Of a stretch of DNA of 64,000 nt, positions 44,471 to 54,230 are shown in pieces. Origin of the DNA: a virus. How positions within the stretch are numbered: the first letter of the stretch is position 1; each line of letters opens with the position of its first letter. Under the pieces are notes generated by a model that saw only the letters and a list, made by a program, of their open reading frames with translations, made no database searches and was not told the origin of the DNA. The translations under genes were made by a program, and so were the position numbers. The DNA lies in the IMG/VR virus record IMGVR_UViG_3300025141_014981, positions 12,290 to 76,289 of that record; one strand, written 5' to 3'.

Positions 44471-45313
44471 TTAATCAGTCCAGTTGATCTTTGGACAATA
44501 ATTCTCTTTCGCTGCTTTAATATAACTTCCAAAGAAAGTGAATACATCACTTACACGCTTACCAAGTCGCTCAATGAAATTACTCCCAATTAATATTTCT
44601 GAACCTAGTATAACACCGACACCAATTGTAATGGCACCAGCGCATGCCAAAATTAACATGGCAGTATCTAATGTAATATTAACAATTATAAACATTATTA
44701 GTGTTCCAAGCACCCACCCTACTACACCAGATAAAACCACCAAGCTGAATTTAGCTATTGGCTTTGTAAACCTGATAATAGTATTAAACAAATTATTCAT
44801 TCGAATGAAGTTTCTTTCTTTTCGCTCACTTGACTTCTCTATTGCTATTCTTCGTTTTTCTTGTGCCTCATTCCATTCTTGAACATACTGTTTGACATGC
44901 TCATCAATAGAAATGTCATTATCAAGCCTTGACTTCCACTCAACCCAACAACTATAGTAGAACGAATAATATCTTTCATACTCGTACCTACCATAGAACG
45001 CCACATGAGATCGCCACATCAACATGTATAAATCATACATCTCAACATTTGATGCTCTATCAAGCCATTGATTTACACTTGTAACATTTCTGTTATCAAT
45101 ATCAATAAATGTAACAACAAGGTTGGCAAGTTTGCTAAACGGAAATGCTATAAGTCTAAAAATACCAACAGGAGCAGCCACAGACATACAAAAGATTGTC
45201 AACCAGAAATATGGACAATAGTTATCATATCGTTTAATATGCTTTTTGAAAATCCACTTTTGTAACCCCCAACTAAATGCTCTTTCGCTTACATTGACGC
45301 CATTGCTAAGCAT
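44471..45313 (-). CDS. Hypothetical membrane protein
   Basis: Several hydrophobic segments, repeated NYCP. Confidence 0.5.
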   Translation of the reverse strand: MLSNGVNVSERAFSWGLQKWIFKKHIKRYDNYCPYFWLTIFCMSVAAPVGIFRLIAFPFSKLANLVVTFIDIDNRNVTSVNQWLDRASNVEMYDLYMLMWRSHVAFYGRYEYERYYSFYYSCWVEWKSRLDNDISIDEHVKQYVQEWNEAQEKRRIAIEKSSERKERNFIRMNNLFNTIIRFTKPIAKFSLVVLSGVVGWVLGTLIMFIIVNITLDTAMLILACAGAITIGVGVILGSEILIGSNFIERLGKRVSDVFTFFGSYIKAAKENYCPKINWTD

Positions 45314-45585
45314 TACTTTCTACTTTTTCTTTTTTTATCTTTCTTGCGATTGCTTTTAACTCCACCAAACTTATCTTGTAAACGCTGAATAGTTGCAACA
45401 CTTTCAAGCTTAGTACGTTCTTTTTTTGCACCGATGTCTTTACCCAATAATCTATCAAGTTCTACAAGCTGCTCATCAGAACTACGTTCTTCATAAGCAG
45501 CTTGACGCTCGGTTGCTTCTAGCTGACGTTGTTCTTTGCGACCTGGAAAATTCATTCTTTTCATTTTTATTCCTTATCTGTGATA

Positions 45586-45614
45586 ATTTTATCATTCATT
45601 GATGAAATGTTTCA
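45586..45614 (-). promoter_or_regulatory. TGAAAC-N17-TAAAAT promoter motif
   Basis: One -10 mismatch, extended TG. Confidence 0.65.
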
Positions 45615-46184
45615 CTTTATAGTTCTAGTATATCTTCTGGATTAGCTTTTTCTAACTCTTCGTATTCTTTTTCTAGAATCCATTCCTGCATAGCAGCGTC
45701 AATCTCACTTGGCATTACTTCATCAATCATATACCTAGGTCCAACTAATACGAGTTGACCTAATTTACTTCTTATTTTAAGGGTATCAAAGAACTTTATT
45801 GTACTTGCTTTACCAAATATTACCAATGCTGGTAATGGTAATGCTAAAAATGGCCACCATGATTCAAATACGAGACCAAAAAATGGTACAAGTACCATAG
45901 TAATTAAAATAAGCCCCACTCCTATTTGTGCTATAGTTGACTTGTCTTTGTTTACAACATATTTTATTTGGTCCCAAATTGGTGAATTAATATGTTTGCT
46001 TTTTATATTTGCATCTACAAGATATTCTTTTGCATACTTGTTATACGCAAATAGCGTTCTTGCAACTTCCTCTTTTCTAATTCTATCACGAACATCACGT
46101 ATTGCTTTAAGCTCTAGAGCACTCGGATTATTACCCTTTATACGAACTTCAAGTATTGCTTGTTCAAGTTGCTCTTTATTGAGT

Positions 46185-46889
46185 TCAGATGTTGACATAT
46201 TTTTCAATATACTCTCTGTCTTGTGAGAAGATAGGAATTCCAAGGTCACACTTCCAAGCTCCATTGTCATCTTTTATAATACATGTACCACGCTTTTGCC
46301 ATATATGACAATCATTCCAGTTAATTTTGTGTTCTGAATGAAGTTTTTCTTGAAGCTTTGTACCATTTAACCCTTGTAGCTCTTTATGTGAAAAGAAGCT
46401 TCTTGCTAATGACTGAATGCTGTTTTTTGTTGCATCTTGCTGACGCCATAAGAAGTAATTAGTCACTTCTTCTCTTGGAAGAACAAAGCACCTGCTATCA
46501 AATGTTGGTCGGTCGGCACATCTATTTGCAATAAATGCTGCAGTTGCAATGCTTGCTGAGACAGATGCAATCTTTTGTGTGTTTTTACCAAACCATGGTT
46601 GAGTATTTAAGTTTTTGTAATCTTGTACAAGAATGCTGATTTCATCACTTTGTGTGTACGCAAATTGTGCACCAGCAATCTCTTTACAAAGTGCTTTAGC
46701 TGTTTCACACATTACATTATGAACACTTGCATCCCATGGTTTTTCTGCATCTCGTAATAATGTATGAAATGCGCGCCCATCAATACGAATAATCATTGGT
46801 GTGCGTAAAGTCAAAAACATCTTTGAAGCACTTTCATAACACTTCATGCGCTCCCCCAATGAATTACGAGTATTTTGTTTTTTACACAT
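46185..46889 (-). CDS. tRNA(His) guanylyltransferase Thg1-like protein
   Basis: RMK.YE, IRIDGRAFH, YTQSDEIS, FDSR, YFLWRQQDA.KNS, KRG. Confidence 0.92.
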   Translation of the reverse strand: MCKKQNTRNSLGERMKCYESASKMFLTLRTPMIIRIDGRAFHTLLRDAEKPWDASVHNVMCETAKALCKEIAGAQFAYTQSDEISILVQDYKNLNTQPWFGKNTQKIASVSASIATAAFIANRCADRPTFDSRCFVLPREEVTNYFLWRQQDATKNSIQSLARSFFSHKELQGLNGTKLQEKLHSEHKINWNDCHIWQKRGTCIIKDDNGAWKCDLGIPIFSQDREYIEKYVNI

Positions 46890-47683
46890 TTGGAATTTTA
46901 AATAATCCGCACCAGCTTACAGTGGTGCCATTGGTGTATACCCAACAAGGATGATTTTCAAGTTCATTGACATCTAATACTTTCGTTTTAAATAAAAACT
47001 GCCTAAGTGCATCTTTGCTAAAGGATAACTCATAACAAAACTTTTCGCTCAACCATACGGTGAACCAAAGCTTTGGTTCTATATTTCCTTTTGTGCGTAA
47101 GCCAAAGCTGACATTCTTGATCACAGCCATGGTCTTGATTGATGTATTAGAATCATCAAGCATAATATTATGCTTTCCTTTGTAAGGGTTATTTCTTCTT
47201 ACGTTTTTTTGACTTCTTCTTGTTTAACTTACTAAATGATGAGTCTTTGAAGCGATATGTGTTTTCTTTTTCTCTTTTTTTATCACGTCTGCTCCATTTA
47301 TTTTCGCTCATTTGCCCTTGTTGTTCCCTGCTTGTTTAAGCATCGCATCTAGCACACTCCACATTGCTTTACCACAACCACATGGATATACTAGATCATC
47401 TTTTTTGATATTGACTGACATACGTGAATAATATTTGCATTTGTAAGTTGACTTATCATTTTCATCACGCTCACAATCACAACCAGCAATACGACAACTA
47501 AATAGGTTAGCATTTCTCTTTATAGTCTTGATACAAAGAATATGATTTTTACCATTGACTTTGAACGGCCAGTGAAATCTCTTATCTTTTGATTCTTTAA
47601 ATGCGTTTTTTAATTTAATTGGTGCGGATGTTATTGATAGCATATACTTGCTTCATTACCACGCTGTTTTATCATCTATAATA

Positions 47684-47712
47684 ATTATATCATTAATTGA
47701 TGAAATGTTTCA
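47684..47712 (-). promoter_or_regulatory. TGAAAC-N17-TATAAT promoter motif
   Basis: Exact, extended TG. Confidence 0.75.
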
Positions 47713-47981
47713 TAAATGCTTTCTAGTTTGTGGGCCAAAGTACAACAACAGGTTCTGTGTCTTCTTTATCTATCTCACAATCTTCAAGATCTTCTTCATC
47801 ATATACATCACCATACCATGAGGTATTTGCAATATAGAATAAGCCATCACTTGGTTCATAGCACGGCGAAAATGAATTTCCTTCACTATCTTTCGAAAGA
47901 ACAACTAGGGGATCATCATCACGCTTGTTAGCAATGCCCCTTAGTTGTTTTATTAATTCACTTAACTTCATTTGGCTTTAC

Positions 47982-49562
47982 TCAATCTCTTGAGAAATCA
48001 GAGATGATCTTTGGAGTTGCTGTGTCAAATCCAACAACATCTAACATTCCTGCATCTTTTGGATCAGCAATTGTACGATAACTACTTATCATGCCAACAA
48101 CTACCAACTTAGCTGGGATACCCATCTTTTGGCGATACTCTTGTAGAGCTTGTGTTGGGTGAACATCACCATACCAAGTCTCACTATCTGTGTAGATAAC
48201 AAATGTATCAACAGGCACTTTCTTTTTCAAAGCGTCAATCATTGGAAGTGCACAATCTGTACCACCCATTCTAACTTTTTCAGTTGCACGCACTGCATCA
48301 TCTAGTCTTTGACGCGGCGAGATATTCACCGGTACCATACCATCACTAAATCCAGCAATATGCCAGTTTTGCTCAGTTGCAGCAGTGATCAACGCCATCG
48401 CTGCAGTACCAACTCTTGGAGTCAACCCAGGTATACCTGCAATATTTCCCCAAGTCATTGATCCTGATACATCTAGACCTAAGTAGAATCTCTTACCAGT
48501 TGGTTCAACATTCTGAAATGTCTTGTAGAATGCACCATCAAGTGCATCAACAATCCCAGTCACAGGATTCCATGACAACTTGCCCTTGATGCCTCGACCA
48601 TTTTCATAAGTCTTTAGTGCTGACAAAATTTGTATTGGATGTACTCTGCCCCTACGTAAGAGATCTTCATTCGCTAATGAATTGACTACATGCTGTGTAG
48701 CATCATTGAGTGAATCTAACAATCCAATGCTTGTCATCTTACCTAGATTACGAACCATAGCTGTGATTGGCATGTGCTTTAGAAGCGCGCCCCAAACATC
48801 TGCATCATTTAAGAACTCAGTTGGTACACACTCTCGTGGTAGATTATGATTGCTAATTAGATCAACAACTTCATTCTTGTTAGTCGCTACTTGAATACGA
48901 TTGAACGCATCAACAATAGTACTATCACATGCCTTACCTTGGGTCACCCAATTGTACAACGCTTGGTGCTCATCTGTTGAGGCTTTAGGATGTGCCAGCC
49001 GTAATAGATCTCTATGTGACCAACCATTTCTTTGACGATACTTTACAAGTTGATATGATAATCTATCAGTATCTTTGTCATTATACCAGTTTGTAACAGC
49101 TGTTCTCAGCGCACGACCCCAACCTCTGAATTGCTCAACGAATCCTGCAAAGTTGAATAGATGTGTGCCAATACGGGCTACTTTTGGTAATGCTTCAAGA
49201 GCGGCCTTACGTGTTTCTAAGCTATCTGCAGCTGCACAAAGTGCCAAAGCAAACAACGCTGTGTCATTTTTTGGTGCTCGACCATTGACACTAATATCAA
49301 CAATTGCATTAACAGTACGCAGCCCATCAGAGTTGATACAACGTAACACTGCTTCTGCGTTTTCTTTTGTCAGTTGTGTTTGTCCCACGTAGTAAGATCC
49401 ACCTTCTGTGCCAAGAATCAAGAATCTTTCTAAGCGCTTCCAGTCGTCAATCTCAAATGAGAAACCACCAGCTGCATTTCTACTCATGTCACTACGACCA
49501 GGAATTGGTTGTGACTGAGATGTTCTTTTTGTGCTAAAACTTTTAAGATGTGATGTGCTCAT
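47982..49562 (-). CDS. rsr: Ro60 (TROVE + vWA) RNA-binding protein
   Basis: NAAGGFSF, LERFLILGTEGGSYY, KYRQRNGWSHRDLLRLAHP, MP.TAMVRNLGKMT, DVSGSM, GGTDCALPM, VVGFD; ATG at 49562 has a GGAAGGGAG SD. Confidence 0.95.
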   Translation of the reverse strand: MSTSHLKSFSTKRTSQSQPIPGRSDMSRNAAGGFSFEIDDWKRLERFLILGTEGGSYYVGQTQLTKENAEAVLRCINSDGLRTVNAIVDISVNGRAPKNDTALFALALCAAADSLETRKAALEALPKVARIGTHLFNFAGFVEQFRGWGRALRTAVTNWYNDKDTDRLSYQLVKYRQRNGWSHRDLLRLAHPKASTDEHQALYNWVTQGKACDSTIVDAFNRIQVATNKNEVVDLISNHNLPRECVPTEFLNDADVWGALLKHMPITAMVRNLGKMTSIGLLDSLNDATQHVVNSLANEDLLRRGRVHPIQILSALKTYENGRGIKGKLSWNPVTGIVDALDGAFYKTFQNVEPTGKRFYLGLDVSGSMTWGNIAGIPGLTPRVGTAAMALITAATEQNWHIAGFSDGMVPVNISPRQRLDDAVRATEKVRMGGTDCALPMIDALKKKVPVDTFVIYTDSETWYGDVHPTQALQEYRQKMGIPAKLVVVGMISSYRTIADPKDAGMLDVVGFDTATPKIISDFSRD

Positions 49563-49590
49563 TTTAAATCTCCCTTCCTTCAAAATCAAA

Positions 49591-49695
49591 AAGTGGTCAA
49601 GTTATGACATCGAGTAGTTTGGCTCCACAGCCCAAGGAGGAATCGAACCCCACTTTTTCCATTCAAAAAGATAACCGATAATCTCCGGCCCACTT
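49591..49695 (-). ncRNA. Y RNA-like copy D (Ro stem + T-arm + acceptor-like hairpin)
   Basis: AAGUGGGCCGGAG-N6-GGUUAUC ... ACUUGACCACUU; internal GGGG-UUCGAUU-CCUC T-arm. Confidence 0.8.
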
Positions 49696-49790
49696 AGATG
49701 CTGTTCTAAGATTTGAACTTAGATCTACCCGGCCAGGCAGCAATAAGAGCATAAATTATTTTAAGTCGCTCGCTCAAGACGACAGAAAGA

Positions 49791-49944
49791 TTGGGGCAAG
49801 TTTATGAAACTCGGGATAATATGACTTTTGCTCTGCCACTGAGCTACATGAACTGTTATAACTATAAGTCAACAATTCATAGCTGGATTCGAACCAGCGT
49901 CCCAAAGTTGGTTGTTTATGATAACCGTGCCTCTTCGGCCCCAA
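49791..49944 (-). ncRNA. yrlA: YrlA-type Y RNA copy C with complete permuted tRNA domain
   Basis: UUGGGGCCGAAG-N6-GGUUAUC; T-arm GCUGG-UUCGAAU-CCAGC, loop-closed acceptor stem, D-arm UAGCUCAGUGGCAGAGC; 3' ACUUGCCCCAA. Confidence 0.9.
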
Positions 49945-49956
49945 ATTTAAGAAACG

Positions 49957-50044
49957 TATGGGCAAATAGTGAAAATTGTCTGTGGAATCGAACCACTAGG
50001 ACGTAGTCCCATCAAACTAGATAACCAAATTTCTTCGGCCCATA
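49957..50044 (-). ncRNA. Y RNA-like copy B (Ro stem + hairpin + T-arm)
   Basis: UAUGGGCCGAAG-N6-GGUUAUC; GUGG-UUCGAUU-CCAC; 3' AUUUGCCCAUA. Confidence 0.8.
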
Positions 50045-50053
50045 TAATAATTG

Positions 50054-50114
50054 AGGGCAAGTAAGTGCGTTATGGGAGTGTCGTTATAAAGATAACCCAA
50101 GATGCTCCGGCCCT
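50054..50114 (-). ncRNA. Minimal Y RNA-like copy A (Ro stem only)
   Basis: AGGGCCGGAG-N7-GGUUAUC ... ACUUGCCCU; no T-loop. Confidence 0.7.
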
Positions 50115-50385
50115 ACAAATTTTTAAACTGTATTGTTAATGATCAAACCCTTTATTGTGATGACCTTACTATAATAACATCAAGACTTTGTTTGTACACC
50201 AAAAAATCAATTAAGTTGTTTTTTATACTGCTCAACAATTCCGGAATCAATATCACATCTTTGATGTTTACAAGCTGGCATCTTACAATTTATCCTCTGG
50301 TTACCATTATAAGTATTACATGCACAACAACCCCACCCTGGCATCAGGTTTGGATGCTCGAGCTTTATGCACTTTTCATGTTTTT

Positions 50386-50931
50386 TCATAGCTTATTTGT
50401 TGCACCACGTTTCAAAAGAAGCTCAAGAATCTTTTCTTCATCACCACCAGACTTAAACATCTCAGCTAGCGTATGTGCAAGCTCAGCTTCATCAGAGTCG
50501 AATTCATTAAGTGAATTAACTCTCAAAGTCTTCTCTTTAATCACAGATGCCAACTTTGTAGCTTCTTCTACAAGAGCTGCTGCTCTTTTCTCATCGTTAT
50601 TAATTTCTGCTTGAAGACTAGCTACTTTTCGTTGTCTAGGTGACAAGCCATTATATGTATCATCAATAAGCTCTAAGCAGGTATGTGTTGTTACCTTTAC
50701 TATTGAACCAACCTTTAACTTAGTACAAGAAAATTGATTAAGCACAGGCATTTCTACTATTTTATATTTTGTAAAACGACCCCATGCTTTATTATCTATG
50801 CTTATACATTCAAGAATAGTTCCCTTTGAAAGTTGCGCCACTGTATTATCACAATCAAGTTTGACATCATAATAATTTGGTGAACGCTTAGCTCGGTATA
50901 AGCAACCTACAATTGCATCTGAAAATTTCAT
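50386..50931 (-). CDS. Hypothetical protein with C-terminal coiled coil
   Basis: 181-aa ORF downstream of a promoter motif. Confidence 0.5.
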   Translation of the reverse strand: MKFSDAIVGCLYRAKRSPNYYDVKLDCDNTVAQLSKGTILECISIDNKAWGRFTKYKIVEMPVLNQFSCTKLKVGSIVKVTTHTCLELIDDTYNGLSPRQRKVASLQAEINNDEKRAAALVEEATKLASVIKEKTLRVNSLNEFDSDEAELAHTLAEMFKSGGDEEKILELLLKRGATNKL

Positions 50932-50958
50932 TTATTTATTCCTTTGATTGATTGATAA

Positions 50959-50987
50959 ATTATATCATTGATTCAATCAATGTTTCA
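50959..50987 (-). promoter_or_regulatory. TGAAAC-N17-TATAAT promoter motif
   Basis: Exact, extended TG. Confidence 0.75.
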
Positions 50988-51566
50988 CTTGATAATAGCT
51001 TGTTTGGTGGATCGCCTGTGACTTGAACACAGAGACTACGAGGTGCTCCTACCAGCCTTCTACACGCTGTCCGACCATCACGACCCTTATTTATTGTTAG
51101 GATTATCTTCATGATCTTCCCATTCACCTTCAAAGACAATTTCATCTAAATTTTTTGGAAGACCATCAAATTTATCTGTAGCAAGCTAACCAAACCAATT
51201 GTCATCTATTATCTTATAGTCATATTTAATATTAAGAATATTAAGCAATTCAAATGGATGAAGATAGTCGTGCTGATAAACACATTTTCCATTAATAAAT
51301 ATGCCATAATATTCACCATCACTAGTTATTGTTATTTTTTTATCTGTCATTATTTTCTCTCAAATTCACATTTGACTTCTTTCTTCTTCTCTTTTGGTTC
51401 ACAACAGTAAATTATAGCGCCCTTGTCTTTGACAACCATTCTTGTTCCATGTGGACAATAGTCTACACCATGTAAGACACGAACACTACGAACAACACCA
51501 TACCCACTAGGGATATAGCATGCTGAAATCAATAAAGTTGCTAGTAAAATAAGCGTTTTCATTGTT

Positions 51567-51868
51567 TTATTTGTCCCATTTAATTTTTCTACCTTGTACC
51601 CAACCTAATGCTAACCAATGATTAAGTTTATTTTTTTTAATTCTTTTTGACTCTCTTAAGTTTGTGTTAAAGATCCAACACGTACCATATTGTGAATTTT
51701 TCTTACCTTGTTGATGTTGATTTTTTGCATGTGTATTCCATATTTTTTTATTGCACGTGTTATATGCTTTCCTGAACCCATATAATCATCATTTAAATTA
51801 TTAGTTTTATGAGCGCCTATGTAAATTTTACCATTAAGTTTATTTGTTATTTTATATAAAGTGTACAC
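51567..51868 (-). pseudogene. Seg-like GIY-YIG homing endonuclease, internally deleted and frameshifted
   Basis: [15 protein letters not shown]...YMGSG...AIKKYG, then in another frame [14 protein letters not shown]...GWVQGRK-stop. Confidence 0.75.
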
Positions 51869-51880
51869 TTTATATAAAAT
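51849..51880. repeat. 32-bp perfect palindrome
   Basis: ATTTTATATAAAGTGT|ACACTTTATATAAAAT. Confidence 0.9.
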
Positions 51881-51954
51881 AGCGTGTAAGGGGATTTGAA
51901 CCCACTACCTTTTGATCGGCAATCAAAGATGCTACCATTAAACACCATACACGC
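51881..51954 (-). tRNA. tRNA-Gly(GCC)
   Basis: GCGTGTA/TACACGC acceptor, TTTGA-TTGCCGA-TCAAA, U73; no encoded CCA. Confidence 0.85.
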
Positions 51955-51958
51955 TTAG

Positions 51959-52030
51959 CGCGGGTACCCGGATTCGAACCGAGACGAAAAGGTTGGAAAC
52001 CTCCCATGCTACCATTGACATCATACACGC
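51959..52030 (-). tRNA. tRNA-Gly(UCC)
   Basis: GGAGG-TTTCCAA-CCTTT, CTCGG-TTCGAAT-CCGGG; one acceptor mismatch, G73, followed by CTA. Confidence 0.82.
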
Positions 52031-52472
52031 AATAGTTTATATATTATTCACTACCTGGTTCATACATTTTTAATACCATACCATGATCTGCTTCGAAGAA
52101 TGAGCCGGGTTTTGACCACTCAAAAAATGATATCAAATCTTCTTTTTCTTCATCTGACCAGTGTGTTGATCTTCGATTTACTAGTGATTCTTTACTTTCA
52201 CCAGACCAGACAACCTTCGTTCCAAGTGAGAAAAAATATGCGTAATTATATGCTTTATCTGGTTCCATTAATCACCATCCATTGCAAATCCAATACCAGC
52301 AAACAACGTGCTTGCTGCACTTAATGAAGTGAGCATTAACACGCCTGCTATATTATCTTGTGCCACTAAGTCAGTGAATACAGCAACTCCTGCAATAAGT
52401 ATTAACAGTGTAGTCATCGAGAAGCACCACACACTTGGTTTTATATCATTCATATGTACTCTTTATATAAAG

Positions 52473-52543
52473 CAGAAGCGGAAGGAATCGAACCCTCAGC
52501 GCCGAATTTGGAGGTCGGAATGTTACCATTACACCACGCCTCC
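52473..52543 (-). tRNA. tRNA-Trp(CCA)
   Basis: GGAGGCG/CGCTTCT acceptor, CCGAC-CTCCAAA-TTCGG, G73. Confidence 0.85.
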
Positions 52544-52556
52544 ACATATAGTTAAA

Positions 52557-52829
52557 TTATGCAGAGTGCTCTAGAAGAGAAGGCGCAACTCGCCAAGTAA
52601 CACCTGGCAACTCTTCAACTTTGATATTTTTTTGCATAATCTTGGTCACCTTACCTGTGATTGTAAGTCCTTTTCGTGTCTTAAATGATACCTTGTCACC
52701 AACTCGAAAGTCAAATTTACGTTGCTTGCTAAGCTCTTTGAAGCGCGCATTGACTGTATTACGGATTGATTTGATATCTTCCATGGAGCCGACTCCAAGG
52801 ATTTCACTTTTAATTTCATTGACGTTCAT
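52557..52829 (-). CDS. Small SH3/KOW-like hypothetical protein
   Basis: FRVGDKVSF...GKVTKI...WRVAPSLL. Confidence 0.55.
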   Translation of the reverse strand: MNVNEIKSEILGVGSMEDIKSIRNTVNARFKELSKQRKFDFRVGDKVSFKTRKGLTITGKVTKIMQKNIKVEELPGVTWRVAPSLLEHSA

Positions 52830-52868
52830 TTCTTTTCTCTTTGTTCTCTTTTTTAGTTTCTTCTTAGT

Positions 52869-53263
52869 GAAGATTAATAACCGCTTCGGTGGGATATCCG
52901 CCCAATCACACTTTGTGAGCCATAACAGATTTTCAAATTAACACATGTGTGTATTTCATATCTACTTTTAACTCTTCTCATTTCATATTCTATTTATATT
53001 CTCTTATACGTATAGCTATTATATTCAAGTTCTTCAAAGGAACTTTATAATAAATGATACTTTGACACTGCTAACTGTTTCACGCTATAAACGTCATACT
53101 AATTAATACTTTCTATTAATCCAGTGCATTTTCCGAAATTATGAGCAACGTCTCTCCAATGAGGGTTGTCTCTAGAGATTAATCTATACAATAATATTAA
53201 ATAGATATTTGACCTTAGTTGGTTCTCATCTCTGTTTCATTATTCGAGCGGTTATTAATTTTC
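52869..53263 (-). ncRNA. Candidate ~395-nt structured non-coding RNA
   Basis: ORF-poor gap closed by a 16/17 inverted repeat, many internal hairpins, promoter motif just upstream. Confidence 0.55.
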
Positions 53264-53282
53264 TCCTTTTTTATCTATGATA

Positions 53283-53311
53283 ATTATATCATCATTTTGA
53301 TGCTTGTTTCA
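53283..53311 (-). promoter_or_regulatory. TGAAAC-N17-TATAAT promoter motif
   Basis: Exact, extended TG; precedes the candidate ncRNA. Confidence 0.75.
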
Positions 53312-53327
53312 CTTTATTTACTTTTAG

Positions 53328-53412
53328 TACCGGAGCGGGGATTCGAACCCCGACGCCCATAACGGACACCAGCTTCTAAGGCTGGTATGACTACCAATTC
53401 CATCACTCCGGC
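53328..53412 (-). tRNA. tRNA-Leu(UAG)
   Basis: GCCGGAG/CTCCGGT acceptor, CCAGC-CTTAGAA-GCTGG, long variable arm; followed by CTA. Confidence 0.93.
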
Positions 53413-53417
53413 ATATT

Positions 53418-54044
53418 CTATGTATATATGCAACTTTCTAATTGCACCCATAATTCACATTCAGTATCTTCTATTGTTCTATTATTCTCTAAATAAATCA
53501 ATGCGTGCTCTCCATCAATATAGTATTCTGTAATTGGTGCAATGTTATCAACATATCCTTTGATGCGCGCTAATATTGCTGTTTCATTGTCATCAACACG
53601 CTTGCTTAAGCTCCCTCCACATTCACAAATATCATCACTTGTACAGTGTGACTGCTTACAGGTAACACAAACTTTTCTAGATAATAGGCGCTCTACAATT
53701 GCATCATGTTCTAGATCTATCTTGACAACTACATCGATGTTTATAATCGAATCAAGATCAACTGCTTGTTGCAATCTTCTAGGATAGCCATCAAGTATGA
53801 CGCCTTCATTACAATCACTTCTAGATAATCTATCAGAGACAATCTTGATTAACGTCTCATTAGAGATCAGCAAGCCATTGTCAATCTTTGACTTTATCTC
53901 TTTTCCCAAATCTGTATCTTCTTGTGAATACTCTCTTAGTATCTCACCGGTCGATACGTGTGGAATATTCAAGCGCTTCGAAAGCAGTTGAGCTTGTGTT
54001 CCTTTACCGGCCCCTGGTGGTCCCAAGAAGACTATATTCATCAA
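53418..54044 (-). CDS. adk: Adenylate kinase
   Basis: GPPGAGKGTQA, HVSTGEILR, LDGYPR, Cys-type lid, RVDDNE. Confidence 0.93.
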   Translation of the reverse strand: MMNIVFLGPPGAGKGTQAQLLSKRLNIPHVSTGEILREYSQEDTDLGKEIKSKIDNGLLISNETLIKIVSDRLSRSDCNEGVILDGYPRRLQQAVDLDSIINIDVVVKIDLEHDAIVERLLSRKVCVTCKQSHCTSDDICECGGSLSKRVDDNETAILARIKGYVDNIAPITEYYIDGEHALIYLENNRTIEDTECELWVQLESCIYT

Positions 54045-54230
54045 GTCACACGTTTTCTAAATCTTTCAGGTAAGCTCTCTCTACGTAATTCTGCTGCTTC
54101 AGTTACTTCTTCATCAACCAACCTTCATCATACAATGATTCAGTTAGCTTGCTGAGTCGCGACATGTCTTTAAACGTTGGATACTTTCCAAGTATCTTGT
54201 CAACATTCCCAATGTAATATCTATGTTTCA

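Noticed and set aside
49774-50006. ORFs 49774..49965 (-) and 49791..50006 (+)
   Set aside because: They overlap structured Y RNA units and show no protein motifs; likely spurious
49591-50114. CRISPR array or ordinary tRNA genes
   Set aside because: Repeats are bipartite, degenerate and self-pairing, with no cas genes; tRNA arms are permuted (T before D) with no anticodon loop, which fits Y RNAs
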